Virus record (IMG/VR): IMGVR_UViG_2534682158_000021
Length of the DNA: 32,660 nucleotides
DNA from: a virus
Taxonomy: Duplodnaviria > Heunggongvirae > Uroviricota > Caudoviricetes > Peduoviridae
Strand: one strand, 5' to 3'
The position numbers were made by a program, and so were the translations under genes. Within the stretch, counting starts at the first letter, position 1. Each line of letters starts with the position of its first letter. Under the pieces are notes generated by a model that ran no database searches, had not been told where the DNA came from, and was given only the letters and a program-made list of their open reading frames with translations. Below, in pieces: positions 18,694 through 27,124 of this stretch.

Positions 18694-19037
18694 CTGCGCG
18701 TTATCTCGGAATGAATCGCAGTGATGGCCTGACTGTCACTGACCTTGAGCATATCAGCCAGAGTATCGGCGATATCCTGCGCACACCGGTCGGCTCGCGG
18801 GTGATGCGTCGTGATTACGGCTCGTTGCTGGCGTCAATGATTGACCAGCCGCAGACTCCGGCGCTTGAGTTGCAGATTAAGGTCGCCTGTTACATGGCGG
18901 TGCTGAAATGGGAACCCCGCGTCACCCTGTCATCCGTCACCACGGCGCGCAGCTTTGACGGTCGAATGACAGTTACGTTAACCGGCCAGCATAACGACAC
19001 CGGCCAGCCACTTTCGTTAACCATCCCTGTGAGTTGA
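18690..19037 (+). CDS. W: Baseplate wedge protein W (gp25-like)
   Basis: 115-aa ORF coupled to V; size and position match P2 gpW. Confidence 0.88.
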   Translation: MTARYLGMNRSDGLTVTDLEHISQSIGDILRTPVGSRVMRRDYGSLLASMIDQPQTPALELQIKVACYMAVLKWEPRVTLSSVTTARSFDGRMTVTLTGQHNDTGQPLSLTIPVS

Positions 19038-19041
19038 AACC

Positions 19042-19950
19042 ATGCCGATTATCGACCTGAACCAGCTACCCGCACCGGATGTGGTTGAGGAGCTGGACTT
19101 TGAAACCATTCTCGCCGAACGCAAGGCGACACTGATTTCCCTTTACCCGGAAGACCAGCAGGAGGCGGTCGCCCGTACCCTGACGCTGGAATCTGAGCCT
19201 CTCGTCAAACTGCTGGAGGAAAATGCTTATCGTGAGCTTATCTGGCGTCAGCGTGTGAATGAGGCTGCACGGGCGGTAATGCTGGCCTGTGCCGCCGGTA
19301 ATGACCTTGATGTGATTGGTGCCAATTACAACACCACGCGCCTGACTATCACCCCGGCAGATGATTCGACCATTCCGCCGACACCGGCAGTGATGGAATC
19401 TGACACAGATTATCGTCTGCGTATTCAGCAGGCGTTTGAAGGTTTAAGCGTCGCCGGGTCGGTGGGTGCCTATCAGTATCATGGACGCAGTGCTGACGGG
19501 CGTGTTGCGGATATCTCTGTCACAAGTCCGTCTCCGGCCTGCGTCACCATCTCCGTGCTGTCTCGCGAAAATAACGGTGTTGCATCCGAAGACCTGCTGG
19601 CGGCGGTGCGTAACGCCCTTAATGGCGAGGACGTCAGGCCGGTGGCCGACCGCGTGACCGTGCAGTCTGCCGCCATCGTTGAATACCAGATAAACGCCAC
19701 GCTTTACCTTTACCCTGGTCCCGAAAGCGAACCCATCCGCGCTGCTGCCGTGAAAAAACTGGAAGCGTACATCACAGCACAGCACCGGCTGGGGCGCGAC
19801 ATCCGTCTGTCTGCCATTTATGCTGCTTTGCATGTGGAAGGCGTGCAGCGTGTCGAACTGACTGCACCGCTGGCCGACATCGTGCTCAACAGTACGCAGG
19901 CGTCTTTCTGTACCGAATACCGCGTCGTGACCGGAGGCTCGGATGAGTGA
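19042..19950 (+). CDS. J: Baseplate protein J
   Basis: 302-aa ORF; size and position match P2 gpJ. Confidence 0.9.
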   Translation: MPIIDLNQLPAPDVVEELDFETILAERKATLISLYPEDQQEAVARTLTLESEPLVKLLEENAYRELIWRQRVNEAARAVMLACAAGNDLDVIGANYNTTRLTITPADDSTIPPTPAVMESDTDYRLRIQQAFEGLSVAGSVGAYQYHGRSADGRVADISVTSPSPACVTISVLSRENNGVASEDLLAAVRNALNGEDVRPVADRVTVQSAAIVEYQINATLYLYPGPESEPIRAAAVKKLEAYITAQHRLGRDIRLSAIYAALHVEGVQRVELTAPLADIVLNSTQASFCTEYRVVTGGSDE

Positions 19951-20473
19951 TTCGCGACTGCTGCCGACCGGCTCATCACCGCTTGAAGTTGCTGCCGCAA
20001 AAGCCTGTGCGGAAATTGAAAAAACGCCGGTCAGTATTCGTGAACTGTGGAACCCGGACACCTGCCCGGCAAATCTGCTGCCGTGGCTGGCGTGGGCGTT
20101 TTCGGTCGACAGGTGGGATGAAAAGTGGCCGGAAGCGACCAAGCGCGCCGTTATTCGCGATGCCTATTTCATCCACTGTCATAAAGGCACTATAGGCGCA
20201 ATCCGGCGTGTGGTGGAGCCGCTCGGCTATCTCATTAACGTAAAGGAATGGTGGGAGACAAACGACCCGCCCGGAACCTTTCGCCTTGATATCGGTGTGC
20301 TGGAAAGCGGCATCACGGAGGAGATGTATCTGGAAATGGAACGGCTGATTGCCGATGCCAAACCCGCAAGTCGCCACCTTATCGGCCTGAACATTATCCA
20401 GGACATTCCCGGCTATCTGTATACAGGCGGTGTGGTCTGTGATGGTGATGTTATTACTGTTTATCCCGGATAA
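19943..20473 (+). CDS. I: Baseplate protein I
   Basis: 176-aa ORF overlapping the J stop; size and position match P2 gpI. Confidence 0.9.
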   Translation: MSDSRLLPTGSSPLEVAAAKACAEIEKTPVSIRELWNPDTCPANLLPWLAWAFSVDRWDEKWPEATKRAVIRDAYFIHCHKGTIGAIRRVVEPLGYLINVKEWWETNDPPGTFRLDIGVLESGITEEMYLEMERLIADAKPASRHLIGLNIIQDIPGYLYTGGVVCDGDVITVYPG

Positions 20474-20483
20474 GTGAGAAACA

Positions 20484-23243
20484 ATGAGCACGAAATTTAA
20501 AACCGTTATCACTACTGCCGGAGCCGCGAAGCTGGCAGCCGCCACTGTCCCCGGCGGGAAAAAAGTAAACCTGTCTGCAATGGCCGTGGGTGACGGTAAT
20601 GGCAAATTGCCGGTGCCGGATGCCGGTCAGACGAAGCTGGTGCATGAGGTCTGGCGTCATGCCCTGAATAAAGTCAGCGTGGATAATAAGAATAAAAACT
20701 ATATCGTGGCTGAACTGGTTGTTCCGCCAGAAGTGGGCGGCTTCTGGATGCGTGAGCTTGGTCTGTATGACGATGCCGGAACACTGATTGCGGTATCCAA
20801 CATGGCAGAAAGCTATAAGCCAGAACTGGCTGAAGGCTCCGGACGTGCGCAGACCTGCCGCATGGTTATTATTCTCAGCAACGTGGCGTCCGTTGAGCTG
20901 AGTATTGATGCCAGCACAGTGATGGCGACGCAGGATTACGTCGATGACAAAATCGCAGAGCATGAGCAGTCCCGCCGCCATCCTGACGCCACGCTGACAG
21001 AAAAAGGTTTTACTCAGTTAAGCAGTGCAACAAACAGCACCAGTGAAAAGCAGGCTGCAACGCCAAAGGCAGTAAAAGCAGCCTATGACAATGCAGAGAA
21101 ACGTCTGCAGAAAGACCAGAACGGTGGCGATATTCCAGATAAGGACGCTTTTCTGGACAATGTTGGCGTTACCAGCCTGACGTTTATGAAAAACAATGTC
21201 GAAATGCCGCTTGATGCTGATCTGAATACATTTGGTCCCGTTAAGGCTTATCTGGGGATCTGGTCTAAAGCTACCTCAACTAACGCAACACTGGAGAAAA
21301 ATTTCCCGGAAGATAATGCTGTCGGTGTGCTTGAGGTTTTTGCTGCCGGCAATTTTGCAGGTACGCAACGCTTCACCACGAGAGACGGCAATGTATACAT
21401 ACGCAGACTCGCCAATAAGTGGAATGGCTCTGATGGTCCGTGGGGCATATGGCGTCACACTCAATCAGCTACCCGCCCTTTGAGTACGACTATAGACCTG
21501 AATACGCTTGGAGCCGCCGAACATCTTGGTTTATGGCGTAACAGTAGCTCGGCTATAGCTTCATATGAACGCAATTATCCAGAGGAAGGCGGCTTTGCTC
21601 AGGGGATGCTTGAGATCCTCGAAGGCGGAAATTATGGAAGAACGCAACGTTATACCACTCGCCGTGGAAATATGTATGTCCGCTGCCTTGCGGCAAGATG
21701 GGATGCATCAAATCCGCAGTGGGAACCGTGGTTAAGAGTCGGTCATCAGTCAGAGAGTCGTTATTACGAAGGTGATTTGAATGATGTAACCTCACCAGGT
21801 ATTTACAGCGTTACAGGTAAAGCGACCAACGGTCCAGTACTGGACGGAAACGGCGTGACTGTACTCGGCATTCTGGAAGTGTTGAGGCGGTTTGATGGTG
21901 TTAATGTATGGCAGCGTTATACAACTGCCGGAACAGGTACAACCCTTAAAGGCCGCACCTTTGAGCGCGTCTTTACCGGCAGCTCATGGAGCGAATGGCG
22001 GGAAGTCTACACCTCGTATTCACTTCCCCTGAATCTGGGTATCGGCGGTGCTGTGGCAAAGCTCACCAGCCTGGACTGGCAGACCTACGATTTTGTGCCG
22101 GGCAGTCTGATAACCGTTAGGCTGGATAATATGACCAATATTCCCGACGGTATGGACTGGGGCGTCATTGATGGCAACCTGATAAACATCGCAGTTGGTC
22201 CGAGTGATGATTCCGGTACGGGGCGCTCAATGCATGTATGGCGCAGCACTGTAAGTAAAGCGAACTACCGCTTTTTTATGGTGCGTATTTCAGGAAATCC
22301 GGGAAGCCGCACGATCACAGCAAGACGAGTACCAATCATTGACGAAGCCCAGACATGGGGCGCGAAACAGACATTCAGTGCTGGCCTTTCTGGTGAACTG
22401 TCCGGCAATGCGGCGACAGCAACAAAGCTGAAAACAGCCCGTAAAATTAATAACGTTTCGTTTGATGGAACATCAGATATTAACCTGACGCCGAAAAATA
22501 TTGGTGCATTTGCTTCAGGAAAAACAGGAGACACCGTTGCGAATGATAAAGCCGTTGGGTGGAACTGGAGTAGCGGAGCCTATAACGCAACTACTGGTGG
22601 GGCATCAACGTTAATTCTTCATTTTAATATCGGTGAAGGAAGTTGTCCCGCCGCCCAGTTCCGCGTTAATTATAAGAACGGCGGTATTTTTTATCGTTCT
22701 GCTCGTGACGGTTACGGATTCGAGGCTGACTGGTCTGAGTTTTATACCACAACGCGAAAACCTACAGCGGGAGATGTCGGTGCACTGCCGTTATCTGGTG
22801 GTCAATTGAATGGTGCTCTGGGTATAGGAACATCCAGTGCTCTTGGCGGTAATTCGATTGTTTTGGGTGATAATGACACGGGCTTTAAACAAAATGGTGA
22901 TGGTAATCTGGATGTTTATGCTAATAGCGTCCATATTATGCGTTTTGTCTCGGGAAGTATTCAAAGTAATAAAACCATAAATATTACGGGGCGTGTTAAT
23001 CCCTCGGATTACGGTAACTTTGATTCCCGCTATGTCCGGGATATCCGGCTTGGTGGTGCTGCCACATACAAACCTGCGAACAATGGCATGACATGGACAC
23101 ATCATGCACCGTCCGGGTGTGTATATTCCGGCATTATTGTTCAGGATACCGGCTCAAACTCTGCCGATAACATTGGTGGTGTATATTACAGGCCGGTTCA
23201 GAAATACATTAACGGGACATGGTATAACGTGGCGCAGGTATAA
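20484..23243 (+). CDS. H: Tail fibre protein H (enlarged, mosaic C-terminus)
   Basis: 919-aa ORF, longer than the ~669-aa P2 gpH as I remember it; N-terminal region is typical of the conserved tail-fibre anchor; three tandem ~85-aa repeats in the middle; glycine-rich divergent C-terminus. Confidence 0.88.
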   Translation: MSTKFKTVITTAGAAKLAAATVPGGKKVNLSAMAVGDGNGKLPVPDAGQTKLVHEVWRHALNKVSVDNKNKNYIVAELVVPPEVGGFWMRELGLYDDAGTLIAVSNMAESYKPELAEGSGRAQTCRMVIILSNVASVELSIDASTVMATQDYVDDKIAEHEQSRRHPDATLTEKGFTQLSSATNSTSEKQAATPKAVKAAYDNAEKRLQKDQNGGDIPDKDAFLDNVGVTSLTFMKNNVEMPLDADLNTFGPVKAYLGIWSKATSTNATLEKNFPEDNAVGVLEVFAAGNFAGTQRFTTRDGNVYIRRLANKWNGSDGPWGIWRHTQSATRPLSTTIDLNTLGAAEHLGLWRNSSSAIASYERNYPEEGGFAQGMLEILEGGNYGRTQRYTTRRGNMYVRCLAARWDASNPQWEPWLRVGHQSESRYYEGDLNDVTSPGIYSVTGKATNGPVLDGNGVTVLGILEVLRRFDGVNVWQRYTTAGTGTTLKGRTFERVFTGSSWSEWREVYTSYSLPLNLGIGGAVAKLTSLDWQTYDFVPGSLITVRLDNMTNIPDGMDWGVIDGNLINIAVGPSDDSGTGRSMHVWRSTVSKANYRFFMVRISGNPGSRTITARRVPIIDEAQTWGAKQTFSAGLSGELSGNAATATKLKTARKINNVSFDGTSDINLTPKNIGAFASGKTGDTVANDKAVGWNWSSGAYNATTGGASTLILHFNIGEGSCPAAQFRVNYKNGGIFYRSARDGYGFEADWSEFYTTTRKPTAGDVGALPLSGGQLNGALGIGTSSALGGNSIVLGDNDTGFKQNGDGNLDVYANSVHIMRFVSGSIQSNKTINITGRVNPSDYGNFDSRYVRDIRLGGAATYKPANNGMTWTHHAPSGCVYSGIIVQDTGSNSADNIGGVYYRPVQKYINGTWYNVAQV

Positions 23244-23246
23244 TTT

Positions 23247-23774
23247 ATGCAGCATTTAAAAAATATTACGGCGGGTAATCCAAAAACGGTTGAACAATAT
23301 CAATTGACAAAGGGTTTTGATGTTGTCTGGTTTTTTTCAGAAGATGGTAAGAACTGGTACGAAGAACAAAAGTATTTTGCTGATGACACGATAAAAATAG
23401 CGTACGACAAAGATAATATTATCCGCTATGTGGAAAAGGATGTGACAGCTATCAGACCGGATGGATTAAGTGTTGTTGAAGTGGCGGATATTACTGCTAA
23501 CCGACGGGCGGACATTTCAGGGGGCTGGATGTTTAAGGACGGCAAAGTGATTAAACGCATTTATACGGCAGAGGAATTGCTGCAGCAGGCAGAAAGCCGG
23601 AAAGCCAGACTTCTTGCAGATGCTGAATCCGTGATTTTGCCGCTGGAGCGCGCGGTCAGACTGAACATGGCAACAGATGAGGAGCGTAGCCGACTGGATG
23701 CATGGGAGCGTTACAGCGTTCTGGTCAGTCGTGTGGATCCTGCAAATCCTGAATGGCCGGAAATGCCGCAATAA
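23247..23774 (+). CDS. G: Tail fibre assembly chaperone G
   Basis: 175-aa ORF directly after H; size and position match P2 gpG. Confidence 0.85.
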   Translation: MQHLKNITAGNPKTVEQYQLTKGFDVVWFFSEDGKNWYEEQKYFADDTIKIAYDKDNIIRYVEKDVTAIRPDGLSVVEVADITANRRADISGGWMFKDGKVIKRIYTAEELLQQAESRKARLLADAESVILPLERAVRLNMATDEERSRLDAWERYSVLVSRVDPANPEWPEMPQ

Positions 23775-23995
23775 GTTGTATGATCTCTGGAGTGAGCAAA
23801 CATATCTATGGCACAGAGTAAAGCCTAATCTGACAGGCCGCTCTGTGTCTGGAGTAGATTTTAGTAAAGCATTATTTTATTAGTGCAAATTCTAATCAAT
23901 ACATTTTATGTATATGATATCCTGCAGACTTTAATGACTTGGTTTAGGCTAACCAGATAACACTGAAGGAATATTTTTGATAATTAAGGTGCGGT

Positions 23996-24589
23996 ATGTT
24001 TACTAAGCGACGATTAAAAAATATTAACTGGGAGGCAAGTTCAGTGATACTTGCTATGGTTCTCTTTGTTGGAAATATATTTTATACAAATCATCGTGAT
24101 GATATAAGCATGGAGGCTGAGAGGGACAGTATCAGAACAATGTTTGCATATGAAATCGCTAATAACCATCGCGCTCTCACTTTTCTTGATAAAACGAGAT
24201 ATATTGGCTTTGACGAAAATTCGGAGCATTTTGTTGGCGAGCCTTTTGCCATTAATGTCAAATCATTAGGGGGGCCTCGCTTACAGATTGCATTAAACCA
24301 GACTGATAAAGTGTTTAAATCCTACTTCAGCGAATTAAGTAAGCTTGATAAAGAGGATGTTACTCTTCTTATGGACTATTACCATGAGCAAAGCATCCTG
24401 CTGGAGCGTGTAAAATCTACGTTACAGAAGATGAAAAGTGGTAATGATATTAAAGTTGATATTGATGGTTACTTATTAGAAGAACACTTCATGAATGAGC
24501 TTAATCTTTCTAATATTTTGCTTAAACGCTATAGCCATTTGTTGTCACAACACGCCAAAGAACATAAAACAAAAGATTTACATAATTGA
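23996..24589 (+). CDS. Uncharacterised cargo protein with N-terminal hydrophobic segment, in the G-FI (Z/fun) variable locus
   Basis: 197-aa ORF with AAGGTG Shine-Dalgarno about 8 nt upstream; strongly AT-rich compared with flanking G and FI; residues ~14-30 (SSVILAMVLFVGNIFY) look like a transmembrane helix; no recognisable catalytic motif. Confidence 0.6.
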   Translation: MFTKRRLKNINWEASSVILAMVLFVGNIFYTNHRDDISMEAERDSIRTMFAYEIANNHRALTFLDKTRYIGFDENSEHFVGEPFAINVKSLGGPRLQIALNQTDKVFKSYFSELSKLDKEDVTLLMDYYHEQSILLERVKSTLQKMKSGNDIKVDIDGYLLEEHFMNELNLSNILLKRYSHLLSQHAKEHKTKDLHN

Positions 24590-24795
24590 TAATCTGCTAA
24601 TGGTTATTCATGGGGTAACTATGTTTTATATGTAATCCAACTCAGATGAATTATTGATTCTGGATAATAACCGCAGAGCGGCATATATCCTGACAGGCAA
24701 ATGTCCGCTTCTTGTTCAAAGCAGACCGTCAGATTTGATAACTTTTGGGCTATGTAAATTGTCAGTCGGAAAATGAGTGAGTTCAAATCAGGACA

Positions 24796-24822
24796 GGCGG
24801 GCGAATTGCCCGCCTTTTCTTT
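24796..24822 (+). terminator. Intrinsic terminator upstream of FI
   Basis: ggcgggc-gaatt-gcccgcc stem-loop followed by ttttcttt. Confidence 0.55.
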
Positions 24823-24918
24823 ATCTGTTGTTTCATCCACTGACCAGCCAGGTCAAATAGCGTCTCATGCTCTGCACAACAGAAAATAGTTGCACCCATT
24901 AACCACGGAGTTAAACGG
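24823..24918 (+). promoter_or_regulatory. Probable late promoter region for the FI-FII-E-T-U-D operon
   Basis: Position between a terminator and FI; P2 has an Ogr-dependent late promoter here. I could not find an exact TGT-N12-ACA element by eye. Confidence 0.35.
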
Positions 24919-26109
24919 ATGAGTGACTATCATCACGGCGTGCAGGTGCTGGAGATTAACGACGGCACCCGCGTCATTTCCACCGTATCCACTGCCATTG
25001 TCGGCATGATCTGCACGGCCAGCGATGCGGATGCGGAAACCTTCCCCCTCAATAAACCTGTGCTGATTACCAATGTGCAGAGCGCAATTGCAAAGGCCGG
25101 TAAAAAAGGCACGCTGGCGGCATCGTTGCAGGCCATCGCAGACCAGTCAAAACCGGTCACCGTTGTCGTGCGCGTGGAAGACGGCACCGGTGATGACGAG
25201 GAAACGAAACTCGCGCAGACCGTTTCCAATATCATCGGCACCACCGACGAAAACGGCCAGTACACCGGACTGAAAGCCCTGCTGGCGGCAGAATCGGTAA
25301 CCGGTGTTAAACCGCGTATTCTCGGTGTGCCGGGACTGGACACCAAAGAGGTGGCCGTCGCACTGGCATCAGTCTGTCAGAAGCTGCGCGCTTTCGGGTA
25401 TATCAGCGCATGGGGCTGTAAAACCATTTCTGAGGTGAAAGCCTACCGCCAGAATTTCAGCCAGCGTGAGTTGATGGTCATCTGGCCTGATTTCCTCGCA
25501 TGGGATACGGTCACCAGTACCACCGCCACCGCGTATGCCACCGCCCGTGCGCTGGGTCTGCGTGCCAAAATCGACCAGGAGCAGGGCTGGCATAAAACGC
25601 TGTCCAACGTCGGGGTAAACGGTGTTACCGGCATCAGTGCCTCTGTATTCTGGGATTTGCAGGAGTCCGGCACCGATGCTGACCTGTTGAACGAGTCAGG
25701 TGTCACAACGCTGATTCGCCGTGACGGTTTCCGCTTCTGGGGTAACCGTACCTGCTCTGATGACCCGCTGTTCCTCTTTGAAAACTACACCCGCACCGCG
25801 CAGGTGCTGGCCGACACGATGGCTGAGGCGCACATGTGGGCGGTGGACAAGCCCATCACCGCAACGCTGATTCGCGACATCGTTGACGGTATCAATGCCA
25901 AATTCCGTGAGCTGAAAACAAACGGCTATATCGTGGATGCGACCTGCTGGTTCAGCGAAGAATCCAACGATGCGGAAACCCTCAAGGCCGGAAAACTGTA
26001 TATCGACTACGACTATACACCGGTGCCTCCTCTCGAAAACCTGACCCTGCGCCAGCGTATTACCGATAAATACCTGGCAAATCTGGTTACTTCGGTTAAC
26101 AGCAATTAA
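24919..26109 (+). CDS. FI: Contractile tail sheath protein FI
   Basis: 396-aa ORF; size and position match P2 gpFI. Confidence 0.93.
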   Translation: MSDYHHGVQVLEINDGTRVISTVSTAIVGMICTASDADAETFPLNKPVLITNVQSAIAKAGKKGTLAASLQAIADQSKPVTVVVRVEDGTGDDEETKLAQTVSNIIGTTDENGQYTGLKALLAAESVTGVKPRILGVPGLDTKEVAVALASVCQKLRAFGYISAWGCKTISEVKAYRQNFSQRELMVIWPDFLAWDTVTSTTATAYATARALGLRAKIDQEQGWHKTLSNVGVNGVTGISASVFWDLQESGTDADLLNESGVTTLIRRDGFRFWGNRTCSDDPLFLFENYTRTAQVLADTMAEAHMWAVDKPITATLIRDIVDGINAKFRELKTNGYIVDATCWFSEESNDAETLKAGKLYIDYDYTPVPPLENLTLRQRITDKYLANLVTSVNSN

Positions 26110-26121
26110 GGAGCCTGACCG

Positions 26122-26640
26122 ATGGCAATGCCGCGCAAACTCAAGTTAATGAACGTCTTTCTGAACGGCTACAGCTATCAGGGCGTTGCAAAGTCCGTCA
26201 CGCTGCCAAAACTGACCCGTAAACTCGAAAACTATCGCGGTGCGGGGATGAACGGCAGCGTACCGGTAGACCTCGGCCTTGATGACGATGCGCTGTCAAT
26301 GGAGTGGTCGCTCGGTGGTTTCCCGGATTCGGTTATCTGGGAGCTTTACGCCGCAACCGGTGTGGATGCCGTACCGATTCGTTTTGCTGGCTCTTACCAG
26401 CGCGACGATACCGGCGAAACGGTGGCCGTCGAGGTGGTCATGCGTGGCCGTCAGAAAGAAATCGACACCGGCGAGGGTAAACAGGGAGAAGACACCGAGT
26501 CGAAAATCTCCGTGGTCTGCACCTATTTCCGGCTGACGATGGACGGTAAGGAGCTGGTCGAAATCGACACCACCAACATGATTGAGAAGGTGAACGGCGT
26601 CGACCGGCTGGAGCAACACCGCCGCAATATCGGCCTGTGA
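26122..26640 (+). CDS. FII: Tail tube protein FII
   Basis: 172-aa ORF; size and position match P2 gpFII. Confidence 0.93.
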   Translation: MAMPRKLKLMNVFLNGYSYQGVAKSVTLPKLTRKLENYRGAGMNGSVPVDLGLDDDALSMEWSLGGFPDSVIWELYAATGVDAVPIRFAGSYQRDDTGETVAVEVVMRGRQKEIDTGEGKQGEDTESKISVVCTYFRLTMDGKELVEIDTTNMIEKVNGVDRLEQHRRNIGL

Positions 26641-26696
26641 TTTTCATCCGGTCAGCCAGGCTGACCGGTTAACCCCGATTCAGAAGTGAGAAAACC

Positions 26697-26972
26697 ATGA
26701 ACAAAGAAAATGTCATTACCCTGGACAATCCGGTCAAACGTGGTGAGCAGGTTATCGAACAGGTCACGCTGATGAAACCTAACGCCGGGACGCTGCGCGG
26801 TGTCAGTCTGGCTGCGGTCGCAAACTCCGAAGTCGATGCACTGATTAAAGTGCTGCCGCGCATGACGGCACCGATGCTGACCGAGCAGGAAGTCGCCGCG
26901 CTGGAACTGCCTGACCTTGTGGCGCTGGCCGGTAAGGTGGTCGGTTTTTTGTCGCCGAACTCGGTGCAGTGA
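26697..26972 (+). CDS. E: Tail assembly chaperone E
   Basis: 91-aa ORF immediately upstream of the tape measure gene; contains a T_TTT_TTG slippery heptamer near its 3' end. Confidence 0.85.
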   Translation: MNKENVITLDNPVKRGEQVIEQVTLMKPNAGTLRGVSLAAVANSEVDALIKVLPRMTAPMLTEQEVAALELPDLVALAGKVVGFLSPNSVQ

Positions 26973-27124
26973 CGTTCCCGAAAAATCTGTCGGTCGATGA
27001 CCTGATGGCGGATGTGGCAGTGATATTTCACTGGCCGCCATCAGAACTGTATCCCATGAGCCTGACCGAACTCATCACATGGCGCGAAAAGGCGCTCCGG
27101 CGAAGCGGAAACACGAATGAGTAA
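26697..27124 (+). CDS. E+E': Tail assembly chaperone E+E' (product of -1 programmed frameshift)
   Basis: Slippery heptamer T_TTT_TTG at 26945-26951; the -1 frame is open from 26951 to a TAA at 27122-27124, giving about 142 aa. This is the conserved chaperone frameshift found upstream of tape-measure genes. Confidence 0.6.

Noticed and set aside
23813-23848. cacagag...ctctgtg inverted repeat after G, and a 9-bp direct repeat ctgacaggc on both sides of the hotspot gene (about 23831 and 24690)
   Set aside because: Hairpin has a 22-nt loop and no U-tract; a single 9-bp repeat pair in two ~200-bp windows is within chance expectation, so I do not call it a cassette boundary.
24619-24840. 73-aa minus-strand ORF between the hotspot gene and FI
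   Set aside because: It spans the intrinsic terminator hairpin at 24796-24822, has no convincing ribosome-binding site and no recognisable features; most likely non-coding spacer.
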